In this document: positions 44,240-55,800 of the stretch, in pieces | Layout of the letters: every line of letters begins with the position of its first letter | Numbering within the stretch: position 1 is the stretch's first letter | Assembly: GCA_000004985.1 (NCBI GenBank) | Contig: GG738906.1 | DNA: 64,000 nt | From: Naegleria gruberi | Lineage: Eukaryota | Strand: one strand, 5' to 3' | Made by a program: the position numbers and the translations under genes | Notes under the pieces: generated by a model | Told to the model about the DNA's origin: nothing | What the model saw: the letters and a program-made list of their open reading frames with translations, nothing else | Database searches by the model: none

Positions 44240-45403
44240 TTATTGATATGGTGTATCACTTAAAATGTCCAAATGTCTTGTAACAATTTTCACAAATTGT
44301 TCTTTTGATATTCTGGCTGCCTTGTCAACACCCTGAAGAGCTGTTTCGGCGTTGATGTTAGAAACTTTAAGATTAACCATTGTTTTCAAAGTTTGTTCAT
44401 ATGTCACAAATCCCTTATTATTAATATCTATCATTGTAAACATTGTCTCAAAATCTGTTGGTGTTAGAATTTTAAGTGAAGATTTTTTCTTAATTTGTTG
44501 TAAATTTTCAATTAAAAATTTTCTTGGATCCTCTGGCATATTAATAAGTGTTTGTTGGAGAAGATACTGTAAGAGTTCACTAATTTTATGCTTCTTCATA
44601 TAATCTCTAGCAGTTTGTTTTGATTCATAGAAAGGTTCATATTCTTCCTCTGTTTTTCCTTCCAAACTATTTATCATTCTTCTCAAATCAGCTTGAACAT
44701 TATTCGTAATATCAACAAAAACTATTGGAATATTTCCATTATAGTGAAGATACTTTCGTAGAGTGTTAACTGTTTGATCTTTTTCAATAAATTCATGGTG
44801 AACAAGCAAAGTATCAATTTCATCCTTTTTGTAACATCCTTTTTCAATAAGAGAATGTACTATCGTCTCTCTTGGAGCTCTTATAAATACAATTTTTAGA
44901 TTATGAGTATCTTTGTATAATTTGATTGCAGTCATAAGGGGATTAAAAATTGATCCTTCCTCAGCTGCTGTGCTATTTGAGAGTGAAATAATTATTTTTT
45001 GAGACTCTGGATTTTTCTCTATTTCTCTCTCAATATTTGGAATTGCTTTGTATACATAGTCATTACAAATTTCCTCTCCATTATATTTGTATTGCTTATC
45101 AAGAAATTCTTTCCAACATAAATCATAATTTCTAGATCTAAATTGGTCTAGAAATTCATTTCCTTCAACAACTTCAAACAAATCGGAAGTCTTCTTCAGA
45201 TCATATCTAACATCAACAGGTGCACAAGTTATTGTTGGGACAAAATGATATGAGGTTAATTTTTCAAATCCAATTAAATCACGATCCTTAGAAGCTCCAC
45301 TAATTACACCATTCTTCTTTTGAATTAACTCTTGCATTAGAAATTCCTTCCTACAACCTTCAGCACCGAAAATCAAGACCAATGTAGGACGAGTAGAGAA
45401 CAT
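44240..45403 (-). CDS. Dpy-30-motif protein with a degenerate adenylate-kinase-like N-terminal fold (AK7/AK-like, probable flagellar protein); hypothetical.
   Basis: PTLVLIFGAEGCRKEFLMQEL resembles a degenerate AK P-loop region. The C-terminal PEDPRKFLIENLQQ is a Dpy-30/RIIa-like dimerisation motif followed by an EF-hand-like segment. First ATG at 45403; the track ORF extends to a TTG at 45484. Confidence 0.4.
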   Translation of the reverse strand: MFSTRPTLVLIFGAEGCRKEFLMQELIQKKNGVISGASKDRDLIGFEKLTSYHFVPTITCAPVDVRYDLKKTSDLFEVVEGNEFLDQFRSRNYDLCWKEFLDKQYKYNGEEICNDYVYKAIPNIEREIEKNPESQKIIISLSNSTAAEEGSIFNPLMTAIKLYKDTHNLKIVFIRAPRETIVHSLIEKGCYKKDEIDTLLVHHEFIEKDQTVNTLRKYLHYNGNIPIVFVDITNNVQADLRRMINSLEGKTEEEYEPFYESKQTARDYMKKHKISELLQYLLQQTLINMPEDPRKFLIENLQQIKKKSSLKILTPTDFETMFTMIDINNKGFVTYEQTLKTMVNLKVSNINAETALQGVDKAARISKEQFVKIVTRHLDILSDTPYQ

Positions 45404-45585
45404 TTTTTCTGTTTGGAAATCGTAAAAATTATTGGCGCCAAACAATATCGGTTCCCGACTTGAATGGATATTAATAAAACACAATCAAAAAAAAGGCCAA
45501 AAACACACCATCCCTTCTCTATCGGATTTCTTTCAGGACATATGTTGTGATTGAAATTATATTAAATAGATATCTTTGAATCAAA

Positions 45586-47359
45586 ATGATCCATACCTAT
45601 ATTGCATATTACATTACAATACTTGCAAAAATTGTGCATCAAGTACCTCTACCATTTCTTACAATTACTATCCTTTCGAATGCTGTTGCTTTTTTTATTG
45701 AATTATATTTGGATTATAGACAAAGTAAACTTTTGAAAACTTCAAACATTCCCTCAAAATTACAAAAATACTTGGATAAGGATGAATTTGATGATATGAG
45801 AAATTATGTAGGTAATAATTTAACAATTGATTTTATAATGTGTGAAAGAGCATTTTGAGATTGGGATTTTCAAGATTGGAAAATGCATACGGGTTTATAA
45901 CTGAGGTTGTGATATTATTATCTGGGGTTCTAACATGGATTTTTGACTTATCTTTGAAAATTAATATTTTACTCTTTAGTTTAGGGGAAGAATATGCCAT
46001 TACAAGAGGTGTGACATTCCTCTTCCTTGTTTCTTTACTGAGCACTTTGGTGAGAGCTCCATTTGAGGTTTATAGAATTTTTGTGATTGATGGAAAATTC
46101 TTTGAAACCAAGCAAGAAAGAAAAGATCTTCAAAACTCTACACTAACCAATGAAGATGTTGCTATATTTTCACATCAACAATTATTGGAAAGTAGTAGAT
46201 CCAAATTAATGCAAATCAATAATGCAAAAATGTTTTTTGGAGATGAGCAAGGTGATAATTCTGTAAAAAGTGATGAAGAAGAAACAACATCCCAATACAA
46301 TGAAATATCAAATTTTAAAGAAGATATTACAAGTGATAATGATAGTGATGGAAGTGAGGGAGGAGTTCAGGATATAATGACAGTTTTTCGTAATTGGATA
46401 ATGGATCAAATCAAAATGGGAATTATTTCAGTAGTTATAGGCACTCCACTTTTATTCTTAATTTTGTGGTTGCTTACAACTGGAAGTCCAATTCACTGGG
46501 TTTATATGTGGGTTGGAAGTGTTGCCCTAGCTGTGGGTATATATGAATTATATCCAATAATATTAGCTCCAATGTTCAATACTTTTTATGGTAAGTATTT
46601 TAATTTTTATATTAAATATAATCATTTTTAAAGAAATGCCAGAAGGGCCTCTCAGAAAAAGTATTGAAGAGTTGACAATTAAAGTAGGAATTCCAGTTAA
46701 AGATATTGTCTACGTAGATGGATCAAAAAGACATGAGAATGCAAATGCATTCATGATTGGATCAGGAGAAAATAAGAAAATTGTTCTATACGATAATTTG
46801 ATAAGTAAAGATGGTTTGAATTTGACAAATGATGAAATACTTGCAATATTGGCACATGAAATTCACCACTATAAGATGAATCACAGCATCAAAATATTAA
46901 CTTCACAAGTTTTTTCTTTAGGGATATTTTTATTTATCCTCTCATTCACTATCTACAATGAATATTTTTACAATAGTTTTGGATTTACAGAAATTGATGT
47001 AAGTTTACAAAATTCAATTCCATTATCTTACAGATTTTTTTCAGCCAAGTGTTGGATTATGCTTATTCTCATATCTTTTTCAACCACTGGGAAATTTTGC
47101 CATGGTAATTCTCAATCATATTCAAAGAAAATACGAATATTCCAGTGATGAGTACAGCATGAGTCTTGGATATAATATTGAGGAACCTCTCATCAAAATG
47201 CATGTCAATAATGTTTATAATTTAATTGTAGATAGATTATACTCTAGCTATTACAATGCACATCCTTCCTTATTGGAAAGAGTTGATAATTTGAAAAAGT
47301 GGATTGAAAGAAATGCCCAACGACAACGTTTGAATGAAAAGTTGATAAAACAAGAATAA
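45586..47359 (+). CDS. STE24: CAAX prenyl protease 1 (Ste24/ZMPSTE24 zinc metalloprotease), 4 exons: 45586-45807, 45849-46590, 46634-46998, 47045-47359 (introns of 41, 43 and 46 nt).
   Basis: Spliced product colinear with ZMPSTE24: ...FNTFY|EMPEGPLRKSIEELTIKVGIPVKDIVYVDGSKRHENANAFMIGSG...ILAILAHEIHHYKMNH (HExxH)...FGFTEID|PSVGLCLFSYLFQPLGNFAMVILNHIQRKYEYSSDEYSMSLGY...AHPSLLERVDNLKKW. It contains an acidic insertion. Confidence 0.85.
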
Positions 47360-47544
47360 ATCAATTTTTAATGTTTCATCTTCTTCCAAAATATAATAAT
47401 TTCAATATTTTTAAAAAAGATTCTCCACATTTAACTGTTACTTTAAAAAGAATCCCGCATCTTTGAAATGCCAAAAGCTTCATAAAAATTTCATCCTTTG
47501 ACACTGTCCATCAAATTATTATTAATAGATAAATCAATAAGAAA

Positions 47545-48018
47545 ATGCTCAATAATATTAGTGGATCCAATACCCAGAGAAGAGTATCCCGCTATTCCTT
47601 TCTCTCTAAAGGAAATCATAATACTGATCACCATTATCAACAACAAGTAATAGAATTGAATCCATCAACACAAGTTGAATCTAAATGCTATTATTTTGAT
47701 GATCCTCATCAGCAAGAAATCAACCGATATATTAGAAATAATTATAATTATTGTGTTGTTGTGGAATTTGAATTTAAATCCGAAAATTATAACATCAATA
47801 ATTTTTCTCCAAAATACACCATCAAATCAGTCTGTTTTAATATTATTCCTCTATTCCAGCCAAACAATTCCTCACATCATCATGATATGAATATATCCTA
47901 CTTTTATGAAAGAAATAGAGGAATTATTATTAATAGTGAAGAATTTCAACCTGATGAACAGTTAACAATGGATATTTCCTACCCAATTCATATTGTTTCT
48001 GATTTGAAAGAAGCAATA
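47545..48018 (+). CDS. ORF of 158 aa ending exactly at a consensus donor (CAA ATG|GTAAGT); either a separate small gene or the 5' exon of the downstream RRM gene (327-nt intron to the acceptor AATAG|TTG at 48346).
   Basis: ATG at 47545; ends at ATG|GTAAGTAGTGG. The downstream ORF at 48346 has no ATG for more than 500 nt and begins immediately after ...TTGAATAG. Confidence 0.3.
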
Positions 48019-48345
48019 CAAATGGTAAGTAGTGGTATTATTTTTCTCTTAGGTATTCAATACTAATATGACTCTTTATCATTGTAATGACACTTTCTTT
48101 ATATCTAACAATACATTTTTCCATTGTGCTCGTTGATTTGCCTAATTTTAATTTTCCCCGATTTTATTGCAAATTGATTGAATTCATTATTGTCCTACAA
48201 CCCCTACAATTGTTTTATTAACTGTTCAACTTGTCGCCTCATCATTACCACTGGTGATTGTTTTTTATTATCAATGATGATTCTTTACCACCATTTTGAT
48301 TGACCCTTCATTGAAAAAATTGCTCCAATTGAATGTGTTGAATAG

Positions 48346-50853
48346 TTGGATCAACATATTATTAGTCACACTCAATCATTATTATCATCTCATTCAAATA
48401 ATAGTAAGAAGAGCTTTTGTTTCCTATCAACTACAACATCAATTTCAAACAATACTGATATTAGTTTACCTCATATTTTACAAAATATTCTAGACTCTAT
48501 TCAAATAGAAAATCATTATCTTATAGAGAAGACATACTTTATCAATACATCTATAGGATTGCATCAACAACATTTATTGGAAAACCAATCCTCCCTACAG
48601 AGTAATAATTTTCCCGACCTTTACCAAGCATTCCCGACAAACAATTTATTGTCACCACCACTCCAATCAACAAATAGTAGTGATAATTGTCAATACTATC
48701 CACTCAATTATTCTCCAACACAAAATTATTCTACTAGTTTTCATACTAACAAGAATTTATTGCTAACAGCATCAAACATAACAAATACCAAACATAACTT
48801 TGAAGGGAAAATTTTGCTTGAAACAATTACTCATTTTACGATTTGTGAAAAAATGGCTCAATCAGTAGATACCCAACAAGACTCATCCGACAATACTCCA
48901 ACAAACAATTGCAGTACAAGTACTGCAAATAATCAACAAACCGAGCAAGATGGTCAACATTCTATTCAGAATTCTATTTCCGAATGTTTAAAAAAACCAC
49001 TTTCTATCCATTCACCTTCCTTTGAACCACCTCTTCATGTTTTACAACAAACAATTAGACAAGAGAGAGTACTTTTTCAACAAGTGAACTCTCCTCTAAC
49101 AGATGAATTTAAAACTTGTGTTGTAAGATTGAGAGGATTACCTTGGACAAGCACAGTCCAGGATATTGCAGAATTCTTTTCTGAATTCAAACTTGCTAAA
49201 AAGGAACAATCCAAAGATGATACCGACTTGTCATCATCTGAAATTCAACCAACAATAGAACAGCCAAGTACTTGCATAGTAGATTCAAGCTCTCCATCAC
49301 AGTTAACCTATGCAGCTATAGTATCTATGGGCGTTTCAAGTAATGAGCAAATAACTGATATTGAACAAGTAATCCAACAACCAATTAAGCAATACAAAAT
49401 TTCAGTAGATACAGCAAAGGATATGGATATTATACTAATGTTAAACTATTTTGGAAAATCAACTGGTGAAGCCTATGTCAGATTTGAATCTGAAGAAGAG
49501 CTCGAAAAAGCAAGAAAAACTATGGATAAGAAGAATTTAGGTAGCAGATATATTGAAATTTTTAAATCTACCATTGAAGAAATGGAACATTCTAGAAGAG
49601 TATTAGAAAGAAACTTGAAGAATTTGAATAATTCTAAAATTTTAAAGATGCGTAATGTACCATTTTCTGCAACTGAAGATGAAATTGAAACATTCTTCTC
49701 TGGACTCACTATTGCAACTGTTCAATCAAGAAATCAAGCTGAACAATCAAATGAGACTAGAAGAAGAAAAGTGTACTTTGTTTTAAACCCAATGAATGGT
49801 AAAAGAACTGGTGAAGTTTTCGTTGAGTTTACTTGTCATGACCAAATGTTACAAGCCGCCAAGAGAAACAAGGAAAAAATTAGAAATAGATATATTGAAT
49901 TATTCCATAGTAGTATTTCAGAATTGAGAGCATCTCAATACTATATTCAACAACAACAACAACAAAATTACTTTCCATACCAACATATTACAAGACCTAG
50001 AATATCAGGTGTACAAAATAGAAAGTCCAATTTCATTGTAAAAATTGAAGGTTTACCAACTAGTTTTGAAGAAAATGAAATTGCTGAGCTCTTTAATGGT
50101 TTATCTTTATCCGAAGCAGGAATTCATCTCATTTTTGGTGAAGATGAATGTTCTACAGGTGAAGCTTTTGTTGAATTTGTAAATGAAGAAAGTTTTGCCA
50201 AAGCTCTAGAACAAAATGATACTACTATTTCTTCAGTGGATGAAAATAATGTAGAACAACAAAATACCATCAAAGTAATAGCATCTGATCGAGCTGAAAT
50301 GTTGTCAGTATGTGGCATTGAGGAGGAGGAGGAGGAACAAGATGAAGAGGAAGAACCATCTAACAATACTACACTTGAAACAACACTCGATCAAACCAAC
50401 CATAACGATTACTCAAAGAGAAGATTTAATTATAACAATAACTTTGCTTATCCAATGGTGTATTATGTTCCTTCCTATACTCCATATTATGTCAATCCTT
50501 ATTTTCAACAACAAGGACAATCATTTAGAAATAATTTAGATCCAAACACAGATTCAACAATTGTTAAACAACCATTCAAATATAAGTTATTCGAACATCC
50601 AGAAAGAACTCTAAAGATGCGTGGATTACCATTCTCTTCAACTGAAAAGGAAATTGCAGAATTCTTTGCAGGATATGATTTTGAGGAGGATTCAATAAGA
50701 TTCAAGATGGATTTCAAAAGAAATCGTCAAACAGGAATTTGCTACATTAGGTTCAGAACCAAGACTGAGGCTGAAAGGGCAGCCAATGAAAGAAATAGAT
50801 GTAATATTGGCGATCGTTACATTGAACTTTTTACAATCACTCCAAAAACGTAA
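48346..50853 (+). CDS. hnRNP F/H-family RNA-binding protein with multiple quasi-RRM domains (835 aa in this exon); Asn/Gln/Ser-rich N-terminus. The 5' end is unresolved (see previous feature).
   Basis: Repeated VVRLRGLPWTSTVQDIAEFF / LKMRNVPFSATEDEIETFF / IVKIEGLPTSFEENEIAELF / LKMRGLPFSSTEKEIAEFF motifs (RGLP...DI..FF), typical of hnRNP H/F, GRSF1 and ESRP quasi-RRMs. Confidence 0.75.
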   Translation: MDQHIISHTQSLLSSHSNNSKKSFCFLSTTTSISNNTDISLPHILQNILDSIQIENHYLIEKTYFINTSIGLHQQHLLENQSSLQSNNFPDLYQAFPTNNLLSPPLQSTNSSDNCQYYPLNYSPTQNYSTSFHTNKNLLLTASNITNTKHNFEGKILLETITHFTICEKMAQSVDTQQDSSDNTPTNNCSTSTANNQQTEQDGQHSIQNSISECLKKPLSIHSPSFEPPLHVLQQTIRQERVLFQQVNSPLTDEFKTCVVRLRGLPWTSTVQDIAEFFSEFKLAKKEQSKDDTDLSSSEIQPTIEQPSTCIVDSSSPSQLTYAAIVSMGVSSNEQITDIEQVIQQPIKQYKISVDTAKDMDIILMLNYFGKSTGEAYVRFESEEELEKARKTMDKKNLGSRYIEIFKSTIEEMEHSRRVLERNLKNLNNSKILKMRNVPFSATEDEIETFFSGLTIATVQSRNQAEQSNETRRRKVYFVLNPMNGKRTGEVFVEFTCHDQMLQAAKRNKEKIRNRYIELFHSSISELRASQYYIQQQQQQNYFPYQHITRPRISGVQNRKSNFIVKIEGLPTSFEENEIAELFNGLSLSEAGIHLIFGEDECSTGEAFVEFVNEESFAKALEQNDTTISSVDENNVEQQNTIKVIASDRAEMLSVCGIEEEEEEQDEEEEPSNNTTLETTLDQTNHNDYSKRRFNYNNNFAYPMVYYVPSYTPYYVNPYFQQQGQSFRNNLDPNTDSTIVKQPFKYKLFEHPERTLKMRGLPFSSTEKEIAEFFAGYDFEEDSIRFKMDFKRNRQTGICYIRFRTKTEAERAANERNRCNIGDRYIELFTITPKT

Positions 50854-50860
50854 TTAAAAT

Positions 50861-51542
50861 TTACTTTGATTTATGTTTTGTTTCTGCATTTTCTATCATA
50901 TCATCACAAGTTGAATACCAATAACTCTTTGGATAAAATTCAAGTTTAGAAAGTGTACCATTGAATTTACCAATAAGAATATGTAAATGGAGATGGTCAA
51001 TTGAATTGAATGGGGGTAAATGAAATCCCATTCTGTTTTGTACAATTTCATTTGAACACATTTCACTCCATAATTCGTGGTGTCTTCTTTTTGCAAATTG
51101 CTCTCCAACTCTTTTCATGTGTTTAACTTTGGATATTAATGAAAGCTAAGAGATGCACCAACTTACCCAAATGCAAATCATCTCTATTACTGATTGTTCT
51201 CATTGTTGGGGTGTGTTTAAATGGGACGACAAGATAATGAAATTCAGCCTCCGGACGAATATCCTCTACAATGTAACACACTTCATCTCTAAATAAAACA
51301 ATTGTATGTAAATCATCATCTTGTTTATGAAGATGACAAAATTTGCATTCGTGCTCTTTTCCTGTAAAAATTCTTTTTAGAAACCTAAAGCTAAACACTA
51401 TTGTTTTGATAATAATAGTTTTGATGATAACTCCTATGAATACAAGTATCATTAAAAAACTTTTAAAAGATGACATTTCCGATTCATTGAAATCCAAAGA
51501 AGTCGCTGAGGCCGAGTGTTGTAGTCTTTTGGATGAAGGCAT
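50861..51542 (-). CDS. HINT: HIT-family (HINT-like) protein with an N-terminal hydrophobic extension; 2 exons: 51542-51167 and 51126-50861 (40-nt intron).
   Basis: CKFCHL...LHTIVLFRDEVCYIVEDIRPEAEFHYLVVPFKH...DLHLG|VKHMKRVGEQ...GFHLPPFNSIDHLHLHIL (histidine triad HxHxHxx). Splice G|GTAAGT...CCAAAG restores frame. Confidence 0.75.
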
Positions 51543-51957
51543 TTTTTACAATGTTGTATTGATAATGTGCAATAAAATACAATGTAATCTCTTTATTATT
51601 ATGAAAAATCAGCAAAAAGAGTTGAAAGGAGTAAGAACGTTTTTTTGTACATTCAAGATATTTATTTGGATAATCCTTCTCTAGGGTAAAAATTGAGGCA
51701 TATACTCCCTTAATGACCTCAGCAAATTCAGTTGTTATCTTATATATAAGATACATTAAATGCATGACAATTGGGTTATCTTGTAACATTTCGTGATGTA
51801 TGTTGTAGTTCTATGTTGAACAAAGATGAACGCATACAAAAAACCCGCCAAAATTGTAATCACACCAAACAAAGACAATGTAAATGCCCACATCTCTTAT
51901 TGCCTCACACAATACAAAAAAAATAGCTTGATACTTGTTATTTAATCCTTTACGGAA

Positions 51958-52698
51958 ATGAGTGATAAAAAATATACACCACAAGACGTTTTAAAGTACA
52001 ACAAACCAACTGAGGGTAAGTGTTCATACAATAGGAAGTTTGGAAAATAATATTTGATGATGGTTGTAAAACAAAATAATTATTTTAATTATTAATAACG
52101 AATAGCCTTCTTATGTCCCCTTAACGCTAATACTGTTGGAATCCAATTCCTTGAATTCAAGATCCGAAACTGTGATTCAGGTGAAGTTCTCTTCCACACC
52201 TCTGCTGAAGAAACAGCCAAGGAACTTTTAAAACAAGGAACTACGATAGATGAAGACTCTCTTCGTTCAATCAACTACAAATTCGATAAAGCCATGCTCA
52301 GATCTAAAGGAATTGGTACTACGTAGGTATTTGATTTTTCAGATTGATCTAAAAAAACAAGTTTGACTTTCAAGGTTGGTCCAAAGCCAGTTAAAAACTT
52401 TAGAATGATCGAAAGACACTACTTTAAGGAAAAACTGCTTAAGGGTTTTGATTTCAATTTCAAGTTCTGCATTCCTAACAGTCAAAATACTTGGGAATGT
52501 ATTTATTCGATGCCAGAACTGACCGAAGAAGAAAGTAAGTATCACCATGTCAATTCATATTAACAAAAACCCTCAGTCATTGAAATTGAAAACAGTCCAT
52601 ATCAAGTTAAATCTGATTCATTCTACTTTGTAAATGATGACGAAATGATTATGCACAATAAGGCTGCCTACGCTTATGTTGATGCAAAAAAGGATTAA
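51958..52698 (+). CDS. UNC119: UNC119 (HRG4) lipid-binding ciliary cargo chaperone homologue, 4 exons: 51958-52015, 52106-52322, 52362-52534, 52577-52698 (introns of 90, 39 and 42 nt). Absent as an intact ORF in the track.
   Basis: Spliced product: [19 protein letters not shown]|[30 protein letters not shown]...GIGTT|[58 protein letters not shown]|[35 protein letters not shown]. It is near-colinear with UNC119 (FVRFKIRDMDSGTVLF...[41 protein letters not shown]...[25 protein letters not shown]). Confidence 0.9.
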
Positions 52699-52816
52699 AT
52701 CCATCAATTAAGCAAACATTTGTATAATTAAAATTGTTGTTGTATCAAAGAAAACAAATCTACAATAAAAAATAACTATCCCGCCTAAATTTACAGGTTT
52801 TTAAAACTCAAAAAAA

Positions 52817-55800
52817 ATGGCTGAAGAAGATTTTATACAATCACTTTCTGTTGGAATTAGAAGAGCAAAATCAGATGAAGCACCCAACATACAAAAATAT
52901 ATTAGTGAGAACAGCTTTCTTCTAACAAAACGTTTCGGAAATTACAATCTAAAAACAATAATTGAGACTGGCTACATTTCTATTGTGGCTGAAGGTGATC
53001 AAGGACAATATCAAGGATTTGCATCATTCGAATTTGAGCCATCAGATACATTAGATGTGGAGAAGTACTTTTCCTATCTTCCTCTGAATGTTCGGAATAC
53101 AATTTGGATTAGACTTGTTCATTTTGAACCCCTCTTTGGAGAGACAGTTTTAATTGAAATGCTAAATTCAATTTTTATTACTTTCTCTGAAGTTGACAAT
53201 ATTTGTTTTCAACCAGTAAGATCAAACGTTCAAAGTGGTATTGATTTCTTCTCTCAATTCTCCTTCTTCAAACAAGAAATTGGATCAGATGTCCTTGTCA
53301 AGTCTGACACTGAAAAATGTATTTTTGTTTGCCACAGAGACAATCTAGGTCGTGGAGTTAAGCGTTTGTCAATAAGACAAGCAGTTGTTGAGGATAATGA
53401 CGATATAATTCCTCTATTATCAAGTTGTGAGAATGTAACCTCCTACAAAACAGAGGGCGAGTACTTTTTGGCTAATCTCTTGTTTGAACAAAATGATTCT
53501 AAAAAGATTCTTCTAGCTACTGATACAGAGAGTGGAGACATAGTAGGTGTCATGTACATTACAACTGAGTTGGATATTAGGCAAATTCTCTCGGATTACA
53601 AGACTTATAATGAAGGAGAACCAATATATGAGGATTTTATAGTTGAAAAACAAATTGGTGACAATATGGTCTACCATTCAAATGCCTTTGAAATTAAGCT
53701 CTTCTACATTCAAGAGGAGTACAAGTTTAGAAGTATTGATTTATTGAGAGCTGCATTCAAGGCATTCCAAGAATCTAAATATTGCATTGTGGGAATCAAA
53801 TTTGAGGACCATTCCAAATCTGAACATCCTCTTTTAAAACAATTCATCTATATTGAACCAACTCAAGAATGTTCTAGCCATTCACTTCATATTCTTTCTC
53901 AAGTATCCATGGTTGCAGACTTTTTCGTTGTAAAGGCCACAGAAACAACACTGGACAAAAATTCATCACCACAAGAGACTATTCTGAGCTTATTGAGACA
54001 GGCAGAATTTCATGAAGAGTTTATTGGTGCAGTAGCCAAAAGTTTTAAAGGAACAAGATATGTAACCATGTTACTGTTTGATAGTAACTCAGCAGTGGAA
54101 GGAAGAAATGAAATTATTGGTATTGCAGTGGTGGACACCCAAGTTAATGAATTTCTGCTTCGTAGACACTTTGATTTTACAGAATACATTGATTATTCAG
54201 CATATAGCTCAAGAGGAACATGTCAAGCAATGATAACACATTTTTATATTGAGCAAAAGTTTTACAGATACTCCAAATTGTTTTTGAAGGAAGTTATGAG
54301 AAAATTAGAAAAACATATTCTCTACTATGGCTGCTACAGAGGTGAAATTCCAAACGATAGTCTTAACAAGGAACTCATTTACTTGAAATCGACCAGACAA
54401 ATAGAGTTTCCAGGAGCCTTAAATGAGAGTAGTAGTGGAAGAAATTCTTCATTATCTGACAATGATTCCGTTATCTCTGGAGCTACTGTTTCTAGCGGAG
54501 GTGGATCGAGAGTTTTAACGAATGTACAATACGATTCTCTCTACTTTATTAATAGAAGATATTTGAGTGAAGAAAAAACTGAAATATTTTCCAGAATTGT
54601 GGTTATAGGTGGTTCAAAAACTGCACTGAGTTTTATTAAGGAACTTTCTGCCAACTCTTCTCTTTTCTTTAACAATATTATTGTCGTATCTCCTGAAGGT
54701 GATGTTACCAAGAGCCCTGAATTTTATGCCGATGATACGGATGAAGAATTCAACAACAGAGAATTGCTTAATATGATCTCTCTACCAAACATTTACTTTG
54801 TGAAAGATAAACTTGAAGATATAGAAAGAGTCAACAAGAGTGTCCTCTTATACGAAAATCAATCCAGCTTCATTACGTATGATATTTTATTATTATGTAC
54901 AAGCAGACAGTACAAGATGAAACCAAAATATTTAGAACTGGTTGGATATCCCAAGAAAGGCATTCTCAATTTGAACCCAAGAGTACCTGTAAATGAAACA
55001 GGAGAAGAAATTGATCTAACCGAATATTTTGAAATGTATTTACATGAAAATGATAGTGAAGAAAGAAGTGATAGTTCTTATATTGTAGTATATGGTTCCT
55101 CCTTAGATGCATTGTGTACCGTTAATACTTTATTGAACAGATTTAATGTTGAGCCATCAAAATTATTACTCATTTTCCCTGATGGAAAGAAATGTATTTT
55201 TAACGAGAATGAAGAAATTGAAGATAGATTGGACCATATTTTAGAAGTGGCCGGCCTAAAATACTTTTCTCAATATACATTGGAAGATTTTGCCTCTGAT
55301 GAAGAGGGAAATCTAGTGAGAATTTACCTCTCACCAAATGAGGAAAAGGAAGAGAAGAAAAAACATGCCAAGATGGTTGAAATTGATTGCTCCTTATTTA
55401 TAAATTGCCACAGTAAGGATGTTGATGACGGTATTTTATCAACTGTAAACAGACAGTCCCTAGTGTTTGACGGTAGATTAATTGTGGATACACAATTCAG
55501 AACTACTGATACAAGTATTTACTCTGCAGGGCCTATGGCCAAGTTTTCAAGAAGGTTTGGAGAATCGAGAATGATGGAAGCTTTCAACTCGTCTGAAGTT
55601 GGATCAAAAGTAGCACAGTCGGTACTTTCAGCTCTTGGAGTAGCTGAAGATCCATTAACAGGATCTATGCCAACATTTGTAAAGAACACATCAATTAGGT
55701 GTGTTCTTCCAGGGGGTGTAAGATTTTTCAGATGTATGAATTCTCAATTCGATGTTGAAAAATGTGTTAAATATCAAACAAATAACGTTTTAGGACCTCG

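Noticed and set aside
51343-51789. ORFs 51343-51684 (+) and 51484-51789 (-) near the HIT gene
   Set aside because: They overlap the HIT gene's first exon antisense or lie in AT-rich flanking DNA; no domain.
52092-52563. Track ORFs 52092-52274 (-), 52339-52548 (-) and 52363-52563 (+)
   Set aside because: The plus-strand piece is exon 3 of UNC119. The minus-strand ones are antisense to UNC119 exons.
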